From Ministeria vibrans ATCC 50519 (lineage: Eukaryota; Protista; Filasterea): DNA of 64,000 nucleotides. Below the pieces are notes generated by a model. That model searched no databases. It saw only the letters and a program-made list of their open reading frames with translations, and had not been told where the DNA came from. Below are positions 1 through 16,648 of the stretch, piece after piece. The position numbers and the translations under genes were made by a program. The DNA is taken from the NCBI GenBank assembly GCA_943704425.1, contig CALSCP010000013.1, positions 11,236-75,235 on the forward strand, given 5' to 3'. The stretch's first letter is position 1. The number at the start of each line of letters is the position of its first letter.

Positions 1-212
1 GGGCGGCGGTGAAGTGGGCAGGGGACGGTGTGTCGCGCTCGCGTTCAACGCGTTCGACGCGCCCGACGCGTTCGACGCGCTTCGTCTCGTCAGCTTCTTC
101 TTCAGCAGTGCCGCTTCCCGACGAAGCTTGTCTTCCATTTGTCTCAAGTCGGCATCGCTTTTGCTGGCATGGAGCTTTTTCAGCGTCTCCTTGTCGGCCG
201 TGACTACTTTGC
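1..212 (-). CDS. Exon of an unidentified protein running off the window start
   Basis: CAG acceptor at 213-215, then an open frame KVVTADKETLKKLHASKSDADLRQMEDKLRREAALLKKKLTRRSASNASG... to the window edge; a possible upstream exon lies at about 297-389. Confidence 0.45.
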
Positions 213-518
213 CTGCGCGTTTCATAAAAGAATAAAAAAAATAGTAAAAATATGAAATGTGAATACGAGTAATGAATAATGCGAACAATGCATAACGTCT
301 GGCGATATGACGATTGATCGGCTGAGTGGCACAACTAAGCGCTTGTGCGGCTGTGCGACCAACTCAAACGTTGCAGTGACATTCCAAACTGTGTGTGTGT
401 GGGACCCCGCCAGAATTTTAGTGTTTCAGCGACTAAAGAAGTGAACTCTGTCCATCTAACGTTGCTACACTGAAATTTTATTTCAAAACTGCATAATTAT
501 ACATATTCGCTGGTTCTC

Positions 519-1467
<949 letters not shown>

Positions 1468-1700
1468 TTAGACTGTCAACTGAGTCTACTTCCACTACGT
1501 ACAGCAACAATACAAGAACAAAAACAATTTTGTCTAATTTTTTGATTTTTTGTCGTGTTCTTTTCCTATAATGAATGTGAGTAGAGAGACATGCCACTTA
1601 TTACTTGAGATAGTATTATTTTTTTGTTTATATCACTTGTGCGTCACGTTGGTTTCTTTGAATTCTCCATCCCCTGCCATTGCAGCTCTAACCTCATAGA

Positions 1701-4450
1701 ATGGCGTCGGGCTGGTGGTCGCAGAGCGGGATCAGTTCCTTTGCGACCTCTGCATTACAAAAGGCCCAAAAGCAAATCGACAAGGCTCTCGACATCCCAC
1801 CGTCCACCGATCCCAATGCGCCCAAAGTGTCCGACTTGAGCGCGTTGCCCTCCCTCTTTTCGCCTTCCAAAGGTTCACACCGCTTCGCTTCATTTTCCCT
1901 CTTGCCCTTTCGCTAACCCCCACCCCGTCTCTTACATTCCTTCTACTCACCATAGCCACCACTCCAGCTTCAACACTCGACGTAAAAGTCCCCGAACAGA
2001 CTCGTAACCCTCTCGAAACGACCGGTATAGACCCAACACAAGTGCTCAGCACGTAAGAATTCTCATCATTTCCATTTACAGTTCCCGCCGCGCTCGCCTC
2101 GACCTCGCCTGCCGCGACCGTGCCTGGAGACGCCAGCAAGGCGACCAATGACCGCATTGAGAACGCCACCAGCGACGCCGATGCCGATCACGACGACACC
2201 AAGGACGACGAGAGTGCGTGGCAGACAGCTGCGCTTGTGTCGCCTGGTCGACCCCGCCCCATGCGCCATTCTAAAACCACTGTCGTCCACGCTGAGGACC
2301 AAGTCGACCCCAAGCCTGCGACCAATCTCGAGCTCGTTGCTCTGTCTCCGCCCGAAACCGAGACCAACTCTTCAGTGATTGAGTCTCGAGAGGCAACTGG
2401 CGACGCCCGCACCAGAAGTCCCTCCCCTTCTCCTTCACACATTCCTCTTCATCCTCTTTCCTCTCCTTCTCCTTCCCCTGATCCTTCTTCTTCTCTTGAT
2501 CCTTCTCCTGCTTCTGCTCCTGTTGATGCTCCTTCTCCTTCTCCTTCTCCTTCTCCCTCTCCCGCTCCTTCTCCTTCTCCTTCTCCTTCTCCCTCTCCCG
2601 CTCCTTCTCCTTCTCCTTCTCCCTCTCCCGCTCCTTCTCCTTCTCCTTCTCCCTCTCCCGCTCCTTCTCCTTCGCCTTCGCCTTCTCCTTCTCCTCCTGC
2701 TTGCGAGCCAAAACTTGAAGACGTTGAGCCTGAAATTCGAACGACACCACGCACCGCCCCTGTGGATGCACAGCTGCTCAAATTTGTTGGAGAGCGCGAC
2801 GCATTCCTTATGCAACTAGAAGACGCCAAGGTGGAGCTGGAACAAGTTCGTGGGCGCATCGCAGCAGAGTACGAGGAGCGACTAGGCGCGCTGCAGAGGG
2901 AGTGCGCGCGCTGGAAGGACACGGCAGAGGCACTGCGCAGCACAAGCGATGGAGCCACGCGAACGGCCGCCGAGTTGGTCGAGGCACGCCAGCAGATTGC
3001 CGAGTTTGTCAAGGAGGGCGAGAAACTGAGTCGTCAGGAGCTACAGACGAACACGCGCATGCGCAAGGCAGTGACGCAAATCAAGGAGCTCCGCGAGCAG
3101 GTCAAATCCCTCGAGGGAAAACTCGAAGGATCGGAGACCCAGGTGGCGTCGTTGAAGAAGTCTCTTGCAGACGCACGCGAAAATGTCGTGGCAGCAGACG
3201 CACGGGCGGCCGTAGCGGCAGCAGACGCAGCCAGTGCTGAGAAAGATCGCGAGCGAGCGACACGCGACGCACAGTCAGCGCAGGCAACGGTGAGCACGCT
3301 GGAGCAGACTGTGGTGACGCTGCGGAGCGAAGTCAGTCAGCTGCGTGTGGCCAATGCCGAGGCACTCGCCACTGCTGAGGCAGCACAAGAGGCGGCGCGA
3401 GGCACCGCCACGACCGAGCTGCGCGCGACACTGCAGGAGCACGAGCAGCAGAATCGGGTGGAGAAGGCGGCACTTGAGGAACAGGTGACGACCCTCACCG
3501 AACAGTTGTCTCGCGAGGCAGCGACGGCCGCCAAACGCGAAGACGCTCTCCTTGCCCAAGTGGCCGAGGCACGCCAGCGCGTGGAAGACGCTGCGGCGCG
3601 CAACGAACAGCTCAGTGCCAGCGTGACGGAGGCCACGCAGCCACTGCTGCGGCAACTAGAGGCACTCGATCGAACGCACAAGGCTCGCAGTCAGGCGTGG
3701 GAAGCGGCCGAAAACGCCCTGATGGGTCGCGTCGAAGACGCAGAACAACAGGTGGCGAACGCTGAGGAACGCGCACGACATGCCTTGACGACACAGACAG
3801 CCATGCAGACGCGACTGTGCGAGGTGGAAGCGCGCCTTGCTGACGAAGTGCGCGCACGCGCCGAAGCAGAGAGTCTACGGGAGTCGTTGCAAGCGACTGT
3901 GGACGTGCAGGTTGCCGAGAAGGCCGCGGCCGAGGGGCGTCTTGCGGCGCTGTTGCAGTCGTCGGATCAGGAGCAGCAGCGACTGCGCAATGCGTGCGCA
4001 CAGACTCGCCAAGAGTGCACAGGACTGCGCGAAGACATGCAACGACGCGACGACACCGTCAAGCGATTGCGCACACAGCTCGCGGAGGTGTCGCACGAGC
4101 TAAACACGCTACGACGACGCACGCAGGAGGAAAGCGAACAACAGGCTCTACAGGCGGAGCGGCAGCACAGCCAAGGGGTAGTTGACGGAGAGGAGGCTAA
4201 CGAAGCGCTCGCAGGTGAGAGTGCGCAGAGTATTCTCACGAGTGCGACCACTTCCAGTAGTGCGGCTCAACCAGCGTTCTCGGCGTCGTCGTCGTCGTCG
4301 TCGTCGTCGGTGGCACATCTCTTGCCGGAACTCGAGCGGTTGCGAGCGGCACTCAAGCGCAAGGAGGGCGAGTGTGCTGCGCTGAGGGAACGTCGCGCCG
4401 AGTCAGACTCGCAAACTGCACGGTACTCTAAATTAATCATTATTGTATAA
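1701..4450 (+). CDS. TMF1: TMF1/Sgm1 golgin (coiled coil), C-terminus apparently truncated
   Basis: N-terminal [22 protein letters not shown]; [10 protein letters not shown] motif; [16 protein letters not shown]; [11 protein letters not shown]; short 5' exons then a large exon from about 2082. Confidence 0.85.
2419..2697 (+). repeat. Coding (Pro-Ser)n / PSPSPSPA repeat in TMF1
   Basis: Tandem CCTTCT units with a recurring CCCTCTCCCGCT unit. Confidence 0.9.
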
Positions 4451-4527
4451 ATTTTAATAATGAGTATACAAAAAAAAAAAAAAAAAAAAAAGTGTGTGTG
4501 TAAAGAGATAGTTCGAGAAAGAGTGAG

Positions 4528-6547
4528 TTAGTTTTGGGATTGGTCGTAATACTGCGCGAGCCACTTTGCGAGCGTGTCACGTTCCGTCTTGCGGGCCTGA
4601 GTGACGGCAGGAGGGTCATGCGGGTTGGAGAAGCGCAGGTCGAGATGGTGGGCACCGCCAGGCACAGGGATGGAGATGAGCGTGTCGGACAGCGATGACT
4701 GAGTTACAGCGTGAGAGTGTGTGAGAAAAATGTGTGAGTCGTGCAATCGACTGAGCGAGTCACATGGACAAAAAGAGGACTCAGGAGTGAGGAGTGGAGG
4801 GAGGGGAGAGTGTGTGTCACAGACACACAGGCACACAACATCATATAGAGACATGCAATTAAGACTACCTTGACGCAACCAGCCGTCCAAGGATCAACGG
4901 AACCCCATGAGAACATAATGTAGGAGGAATGGGAGACATCAAAGTTGAGGGGACACCAGTGGGGCCGAGGGGTCACCTGCCACTTGGCCTGACAGTACTC
5001 AGTCAGCTAAGTGGAGAGAGAGAGGCAGAGAATCAGTAAGAGAGATAATCACTCAGTAAGTTTTTGAAATTGCATGAGAGGGAACAGCACAGAGCGATAC
5101 GCACAAACACAACATACTCGAGGAAGAGACCACATGTCAGCGGGAAACATATCAGTAACACCATTAGTGCCAATGTTATGCAGGATCTCAGTACACGCCT
5201 GGTAGTCCCACGCACGCGAGTTGGAGTCGGTGGGCGCACCACAGCCTATCGTTCAAGTACAAGAGTGAGTAAGATGCAGTGACTGGATGGTGAGTAGGAG
5301 AGGCATTCTGTGCGTGAGACATACATGTGACAGGATTGAACAAGTCACAAGAGAGAGAAAGAGAAAAAAGGAAAAAAGAAAAAAGTCATAGAGAGAGAAA
5401 TATGTGATGATAGTATACCAGTAGAGTCACTGCACGGGAAGAATTCCACGGAGACATCGTGGCATTGGAGGGCACCCGTGTTGTTGTAGTACAAATCAAC
5501 GGGTCCCTGGTGCGCCACGAGACGCGCAAGAGGGGTCAGCGACGATGCAGTGGCTGCCAGCGTCGCACATGAGACGTTGACCGGATTGGCTGGCTGAAAG
5601 ACACAATCTCAGTTAGTACGGAGTCAGTCACTTGCAACACCACCGACACGCACATGCTGTATAATAATATTATGATATCCATATCACTGCATATCTCAAT
5701 ACCAGGGGACCGAGGAAGGTGGTCGCATAAGGATAGTCGCCCATGGCAAGGTTGACAAACGCATTGCGGATCCACTGATTCAAAAAGTCAATGTCGCTCT
5801 CGTTCTTGGGCGCATTGCACAGTTTAAGTGTCGACGCAATCTCCGCGTAGTGCTTCTCTTGCGCCATGGATGACAACTGATTGAATGCGCCGGTAACTGA
5901 GTCGCGGCAGTTGGGCAGGGCCTGGTCAAAGTCGTTGGTGACGAGGCGGTAGAACTCGGTCGAGGGAGTGATTCCGTCGTAGAGAAGAATTGGCGCACTG
6001 GCCGCCAGAGAAAAGTCCACCACGTTGGGGTAGCGCACACGCATCCATGCTGAGAGAGTACCGCCGTAGCTGCCGCCAAAGGTGACAACAGGCGAACCGG
6101 CAAACTCAGTGTTGCGCTGCTTGAAATCAACGAGAAACGTCGCGTAGTCGGCCAGTGCCTGCTCGGGCGACAGAAATCCCACCTTGCCATGATCAAAGGA
6201 CTTGTCTGGACCAAAAGGAAGCGATTCACCGTAGTAGCGATGCTCAACAAAGATGATGAGCGCGCCAAACTAAGAGGGAGGGAGAAAGAAAGTGAGTGAG
6301 TGAGAGTGAGTGAGTCAGTGAGTCAGTGAGACATACATACAGACAGAAAGAGAGAGAGAGAGAGAGAAANNNTGATGAGCGCGCCAAACTAAGAGGGAGG
6401 GAGAAAGAAAGTGAGTGAGTGAGAGTGAGTGAGTCAGTGAGTCAGTGAGACATACATACAGACAGAAAGAGAGAGAGAGAGAGAGAAACAAAGTGATAGA
6501 GAGAGAGAGAAACAAAGTGATAGAGAGAGAGAGAGAAACAAAGTGAT

Positions 6548-6581
<34 letters not shown>

Positions 6582-6971
6582 AAGATTGAAGAAATAACGA
6601 GATGGATGACATTTTCCAGTGTCGCGTTGTACCTGCTCAGCGAGCTCCCACATGGCGCCGGTATTGTTGTAGAACTGGTAGATGGTTCCTTCGTTGCCGG
6701 TGTAGAAGAAGAGAGGAGCGTCCTGAGCGGAGTGCGCAGTCAGAATGACGAAACGACAAACGGAAACCCACCAGAGTCACATGAATACCTTTTTGTGGTT
6801 GTAGTGCGCATCGCTGATGAGCACACGTTGATCAAAGGTGATGTCGGCACTCGCCTGCACGTTGAAATGGTCCAGAGTCTGCTTGTACAGGTAGCTGGCG
6901 GACGGAGCCGGTGGATACTCTGTGGCGCACGCAACGGCGATCAGACAGGCAAACAAGCAAGCCTTGATCAT
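4528..6971 (-). CDS. Secreted/lysosomal S28 serine peptidase (DPP7/PRCP family)
   Basis: Signal peptide; QTLDHF; FFYTGNEG; [12 protein letters not shown]; GGSYGG (catalytic Ser); AMGDYPY; WDYQACTE; DPW (Asp); GAHHLDLR (His); multiple GT-AG introns. Confidence 0.93.
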
Positions 6972-7079
6972 ACTGAAACTACGACGTATTGAAGTGAGTG
7001 CAGACTGATCACTGAATAGTGATTGACACTGAAGACTGAACTCACTCAAGTGAGAGATCTAATTATTTCAACTTATTTT

Positions 7080-7968
7080 ATGACAGTCTGCGCTCGCGCT
7101 GCTGTTGCCCTCCTTTGCTTGTCGACATTGTGCTATGTTTCCTTTGATGCGTTGGATGACCATCGCGTAGCCGAGTGGCTTGGAGACTTCTTGTTTCCCG
7201 TCGATCCATCCGAGTGCTCTTCCCCGCCCACTGCAGGCTTGCCGTGGGCAGCGCGTCTTCGTGAACACCACCAAGAGATCATGGACGAGTTTATCTCGTA
7301 CCAGCGTGCACGTGGTGCCGCTCCATTGGCTCCCTTTGACCTACTCGACGAAACAGGCTGGAGACTCAATTCACACCTGGAACAGCAAAAGTGGCGCGCC
7401 ATCATGCTCTCTGTGTACGGCCGCACGACCAGGGCCGCCCACGCCTTTCCGTTGACCATGTCCCTTCTTGCCAGGTGACCCGCAAAAACGGCATCGGATG
7501 TGGATGTGACTGACTCGTTTCCTGTGTTTGTGTTGCAGTGTCCCCCACAGCACTGCACTCTTTTCTGTTCTCGACGCACACAAGGAGATCCCCTACCACC
7601 GTGGTCCCTACCGCGGGGTTCTTCGCTATCACTTGGCTCTCTCGGTGCCCCACAAGTGCTCTCGCGCCGCATCTTTGTCACTCCTCCCGGACCGCTCTCT
7701 GGCACTGCCGCATCACCTTGAAGATGTGCTCTCTCTGGTGTGGCAAAATGGGTCCGACTTTCTCTTCGACGACACACTCTCACACTCCGCATCAAACCCG
7801 TGTGATGCCCAGCGTGTCGTTCTCTTTCTCGATATCCCTCGAGACAATCCAAATTCGAAAATAGCGTCATGGCTCAATCACGTTGCGCTCTTTTCCGTTG
7901 CTCCTCACCTGCCTGTCGTGCAAAACATTGTGTCCCGTGCGAATGATGATCATCTGTTGAAGCTGTAG
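7080..7968 (+). CDS. Aspartyl/asparaginyl beta-hydroxylase-domain 2OG/Fe(II) oxygenase with N-terminal hydrophobic segment (2 exons)
   Basis: ALFSVL..IPYHRGPYRGVLRYHLAL, FDDTLSH, RVVLFLD; one intron at about 7475-7538. Confidence 0.85.
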
Positions 7969-8471
7969 CTGGCCATTTGTTGCGATATTGTGTGGTTTCG
8001 TTTACTGTTGTCGGCGTGGCGCTGTACTCTTATTTGTTGATGGTCCTTCCTACCCAAGTTTGCATCTGGCCGTGCTGTCTCTTCTTGCTACTTTTTCTTG
8101 CGATCACAGCGTTTCCTAGATACGTGACTACAGTGGGTATCCACGTGCACCCAAATGTGTACGTGCTGCATGTGCGCACACACGTCGGTGAACATCATCA
8201 CAATTTTCCATCGTTCAGAACCTAGTGCATGTTGCATGTCACTCGGACCAAGAGTAACACACTACCAACGTCATGAAAAAATACAATTCTTCCGCTTTTT
8301 AGGAATAAAATAATAGTAATAATATCCGATCAATGACAAAACTTGCTCATCTACTACAAAAAAAAAGATGTAATTCTATCCTTTGAAAGAAAGCAACAAT
8401 GAAGAAGAAAGCACCTCTATGAATTATGATCAATCACAAAGGAAAAAAGTAAAATATTCAATATTTTATTC

Positions 8472-9320
8472 ATGACTCACCTTCCTGATGAACTATGGGT
8501 CGCCATCTTCTCTTTCTGTGACCCCCACACAGCTGTTTGCCTTCGATGGTGTTCACAGGTGCCGTTTTGTGTGAGCAGATCAGACGGATGGCGCGCAATT
8601 GCGAATGTCGCGACAAATGACGCCATCGCAGTGCGCCACTGCATCGCGCTCGTACGCCCCATGTCCGACGCGAACAAAGACCGTCTTCTCAACTCGCCTG
8701 GTGCGCTGCATTGCTTCTCTTTGCCTCAAGAGCTCTTCGCTTTTGGCTCTGAATGTCTGACTCAAAAGTCCCGCGACTTGTTCAAGATTGTCGTTGCAAA
8801 TCGCCTGACAGAGCGCCTGCCCGTCTCGATGGCCGCCCCGCTTCTGGGTTTGGCATTAGTCACGGTGGCATTGAAGGCATCTGAAAACGACCTTGCCTTA
8901 TGGCTGCTGCGCCGTCTTGGCAGCGACGTCTCTTCCGCACAGCTCCTCAGACTGTTTGAGAGTGCGTGTCAATCCGACAAAACACTCCCCGTAGCACAGT
9001 GGATTCTGCACGGACATCACTTGCGCGTGCACCATCTACCTTGTTTCTTGTACGCGTGCATGCGTGGCCAGATTGCCATTGTACGTTTCCTCCTAGAAGA
9101 GGCACAATGCGATCCGACGGAGAATCACAATGAAGCATTGCAGCTCGCTAGTGAACAGGGCCACCTTGAAGTGGTCCGTCTGCTTCTCAGCGACCCTCGT
9201 GTCGACGCAGCCGACGACGGACAGGCAGCCTATCGTGTGGCTGTCGAGAATGACCACACTGCAGTTGCGGAGTTACTCAAGGCACACGGTGGAACAATTC
9301 AAAGGAGGCGCAATCAGTGA
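8472..9320 (+). CDS. F-box-like N-terminus plus C-terminal ankyrin repeats
   Basis: LPDELWVAIFSF; ACMRGQIAIVRFLL, ASEQGHLEVVRLLLSDPRVD, AVENDHTAVAELL; intronless ORF. Confidence 0.8.
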   Translation: MTHLPDELWVAIFSFCDPHTAVCLRWCSQVPFCVSRSDGWRAIANVATNDAIAVRHCIALVRPMSDANKDRLLNSPGALHCFSLPQELFAFGSECLTQKSRDLFKIVVANRLTERLPVSMAAPLLGLALVTVALKASENDLALWLLRRLGSDVSSAQLLRLFESACQSDKTLPVAQWILHGHHLRVHHLPCFLYACMRGQIAIVRFLLEEAQCDPTENHNEALQLASEQGHLEVVRLLLSDPRVDAADDGQAAYRVAVENDHTAVAELLKAHGGTIQRRRNQ

Positions 9321-9350
9321 AAATCCACAACATTTTCTCTCTTTATTCAC

Positions 9351-11224
<1,874 letters not shown>

Positions 11225-11598
11225 TTTTCTGCGCGAAAAGAAAACAATGGCGTAAAAACAGTATTGTGTGAGCTGAGTGCTGCATTTCTCATCGGTTCAT
11301 GATTAAACGCAATGATTGCGTGGCGACGGTCAAACTTGCCGCAAGTTTCAGCCGAATTTAGGGCTGAAGGAAAGTTCAAGTGAAGTTCAAGAAAATAATT
11401 GAGCATTCGAATATTGAATGGTGAAAGCCAAGTCAGCCAACGCATTACTCAGCCAACAACTATACCTATTGAAGAAGAGAAAATGATGAACGAGGATCGT
11501 AATTATTCTGAAATTTGATTGTTCGGTTTATTTCAATTTACATTCCAATCGAACACAAAAAAGAATAATAATACTAAAATGACCTAATGATCACTGTT

Positions 11599-13613
<2,015 letters not shown>

Positions 13614-14018
13614 TTCAAAAATGGCGCTCAGCACCGCCTCGTACTTCACCGTCAGCGGTCACGCACACGATCCCTTGAGTGTTTAGCGCGCGTGCTTCCA
13701 CGACAAAATACGAATTAATAATGAATGATTAGTTGATTATTGGTATTGTAATTTGTAACGAGAACGATTATGATGATTAAATTATGATGATTATTCCCCT
13801 TCACACCTTGAAAAATGAAAATGGCCTCTACAGATCCTATCTTTACTTGGCCATTGGGAGCCTAGGCGAGTGGCCGGGCCCTGGCCATCCACGCATTACC
13901 GCTGCTTCAGATTTAACCACATTTACATTCGTTCTCGCTTGATCGCCCAGTCTCGCTTATTCACCCTCTCACTCCACTTCGTCCACTACGACTCATACGA
14001 GTCACCTTATTTTCTCCA

Positions 14019-16209
14019 ATGATTCTCCCGTTGCTTCTTGCTGCCCTTGCAGTGATCGGCCCCTGCGCCACGTCGGCTGCGTGGACGCAGGTGAACGCGG
14101 ACCGCAGCAACTCCGGGCGCTCGTCAACAACGTCAGTGTGGACGCCCTTCGTGTCCTGGCTCGCCAACGACTTCCCCGCCAATCAACAGAGCGTAGACAT
14201 TCCGTTTTCTGCGGCGCCTGTCGTCGCTGGCGGTCGCGTTTTTGTTTGGCAGACGCAGTCAACGGAAACACTCTCCCAAACTCTTTTTGCACTGAATGAG
14301 ACAAATGGCGCGACCCTGTGGACCTTTATGTGTCCCTATGATGATTCATGGGCAGATACGCTTCTAACACTGCCGATCACGTCGCATTCGGGCGGACGGC
14401 TGTACTTGATCTGCACAACAGGTCTCGGCCCACTCGCGCTTGAGACGCGCACGGGCGCACTGCTGTGGAGCCGCCCGGATTTGGCCCCAGTCGTGGTGTG
14501 TGACTATATCACCCCCTGCTTCTGGTCGTCAACAAGCCCTGATGAGTCGATCGTGTACTTTGGCCCCACAGGCACCCTCCTGGCTCTGAACACGTCGACG
14601 GGAGAGACCCTTGCCCAAATCCACGACAGCCAACTCTCGTCGCAGCACGCTCTGGATTCTCATGGGCGAGTCTACACATCAAGTCTGGGCGGTTCGCAAT
14701 TTCGCAAGATGCATCAGCCTATTCTGGTGCACGATGCGATGCTTCGGCCTATAGCAACATCACTTCCCCTCCAATCTTTTGATTGCTCCAGTAATTTCGC
14801 CAACGCTCCGTGCTTCATCACCGTGGACAGCAGTCACAGCACCCCCAATGACTCCTCTAGTGTGCTTGTTTTTCAATCCTTGGGCTCTAGGTTGGCCCTT
14901 AGTATTACCGCTTTACGATTTGAAGGAAAAAACAGTACCGTGACCATCATTCCCTGTGACCTTCCTTCCAAGCCGGGCTGGATGTGGACCCCAAATGGCC
15001 CCCTTGCTGTTGGAGCACGCAACCGCACCACTGGCTCAAGACTCGTCTATGCGTTTGGAAGCGGTCTGATTGTGCAAGTGCTAAACGTGAGTGACAGTGG
15101 TGTCGTGTTGTCCGTGCTGCTGCAGGAAGGGAATAGCTAGTGGTATGTCACCTGTCCTCACTGATTCTTTTCTTCTCGGGTGCGTTCTCACTTACAATCC
15201 TACGTCTTTTTCTACCGACACTATTTTAAACGCTCTCGATCGTGTAAACGGCACCCTGCTCAACAGCATTGAGGTTCCTCTCAAAGCCTATATTCGACCT
15301 GCAAATTACGACTATTCACCCAATCTGATCGCCGTTGGTGACAATGCTCTCTACATTGCTAGTGGATCGGAAAGTGGCCCTGGACCAGCCGTTGCGCGAC
15401 TCACCGCCGGCTTTGTCGTTTCCCTTGAACCGCCCGCAGCAATATTTGACGAAACCCTTGCGACTGTAACGCTTCGTCTGAATGTGCTTGCACAACAACC
15501 CAAAATGGAGCGTCAGCTGGTATGCTGTGTGAATGGCACTGAGCCATCTTCTTGCCTTGCGGCCACTACCAGTCCTTCTGATTCTTACGGCGTTGTGTGC
15601 ACCTTTCCTCGCACTGTACTCTCTATGGGCGTGAATCTCACGAGAGTGTCAGTGGGATTTGTTCGGGAAGTTAATGTGCCCTCGACAAGCGACCGTTGGC
15701 TTCCGCCCGTTGCAGTTCCCTCTGCAGGCATATCCAATACTGTGGTAACGGGCACAACAGGTGATCTTTCTCTGTTCCATACCTACTCTATTGTGATGAG
15801 TGGCTGGCAGTTGGATCTGATCTGTCCCGATATTGACGTGTGCTCGTGCGAACTTGTCTCCTCCGCACATGACGTGAGTACTCTTCTTGACCATGGAGCA
15901 GTGCAGTCGGTGCGTCTGGTGATGTTAAACGCCACGCAGGCGATATGCTCTCTCACGACCGGTTGGAGTCTGCACGACGCGACATTGAAAGTGCAACTGA
16001 CTGGCCCCGCTTGCGCCGCCACATCCACGCTGACCCTTCACGTGTCTGTGCAACTGGCCCAAGTGATACTCGGTGTATCGCTGGCTATCCTGCTACTGGT
16101 GGTGGTTGTTGTTGTCACACTCATTGCCGTGCGCCGTCGTCGTCAACGGGCGTCCGACATGGCCCACCAGCCTCTCTTGAATGCACAATCGACTGCCATT
16201 CAAAAGTGA
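14019..16209 (+). CDS. Type I membrane protein with PQQ-like beta-propeller repeats; frame break near 15130
   Basis: Signal peptide; WTQVNADRSNSG; repeats LFALNETNGATLW, LALETRTGALLW, LLALNTSTG, LNALDRVNG; C-terminal TM followed by RRRR and QPLL; the two ORFs can be joined by a 43-nt intron 15087-15129 or by a frameshift. Confidence 0.7.
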
Positions 16210-16648
16210 ATCTTTTCCCAACTTGGAGCATTAAATATTAGTCATATAATAGTTTAACCACTGTGTTTTCTGGTAATTGTATCACAACAAATGGATTTGA
16301 TACATTAGTCGACAGGTAAGTGCTCTCCAACTATCATCAGAGTTGCTCCAGTGCAGACGAGAGAGATTTTGCTCGACCGTGCAGACGAGAGGGGTTTTGC
16401 TCCACAAGCTGATAATAGGCAACCAAAGTAAGGGCGTGCTGTGATCATGTCAACGAGAAGGAGAGCGATGCCATTGTGTGCGTTGCAATTAGAGGTCTTC
16501 AAACGTTTTTCGACTTTTTTTTTCTCATATGTATTTGATTCTCTCTCCCTCGCTCGCTCATTCTCATTCTCTCACTCACTCACTCTCTCTCTCTCCCACG
16601 CTCTCGCTCTCCTCAACCCTCTTCATAATCGCGCTGATTTGGTGTTGT

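Noticed and set aside
6253-6490. ~115-bp duplication of an intron/exon boundary in the S28 peptidase gene
   Set aside because: The copies are separated by NNN; most likely a scaffolding overlap artefact rather than alternative exons
7977-8300. Possible small gene between the hydroxylase and ankyrin genes
   Set aside because: No splice combination on either strand gave a convincing protein
15138-15140. Stop-codon readthrough or alternative genetic code
   Set aside because: The downstream ORF is in a different frame, and other genes use TAA/TAG/TGA as normal stops
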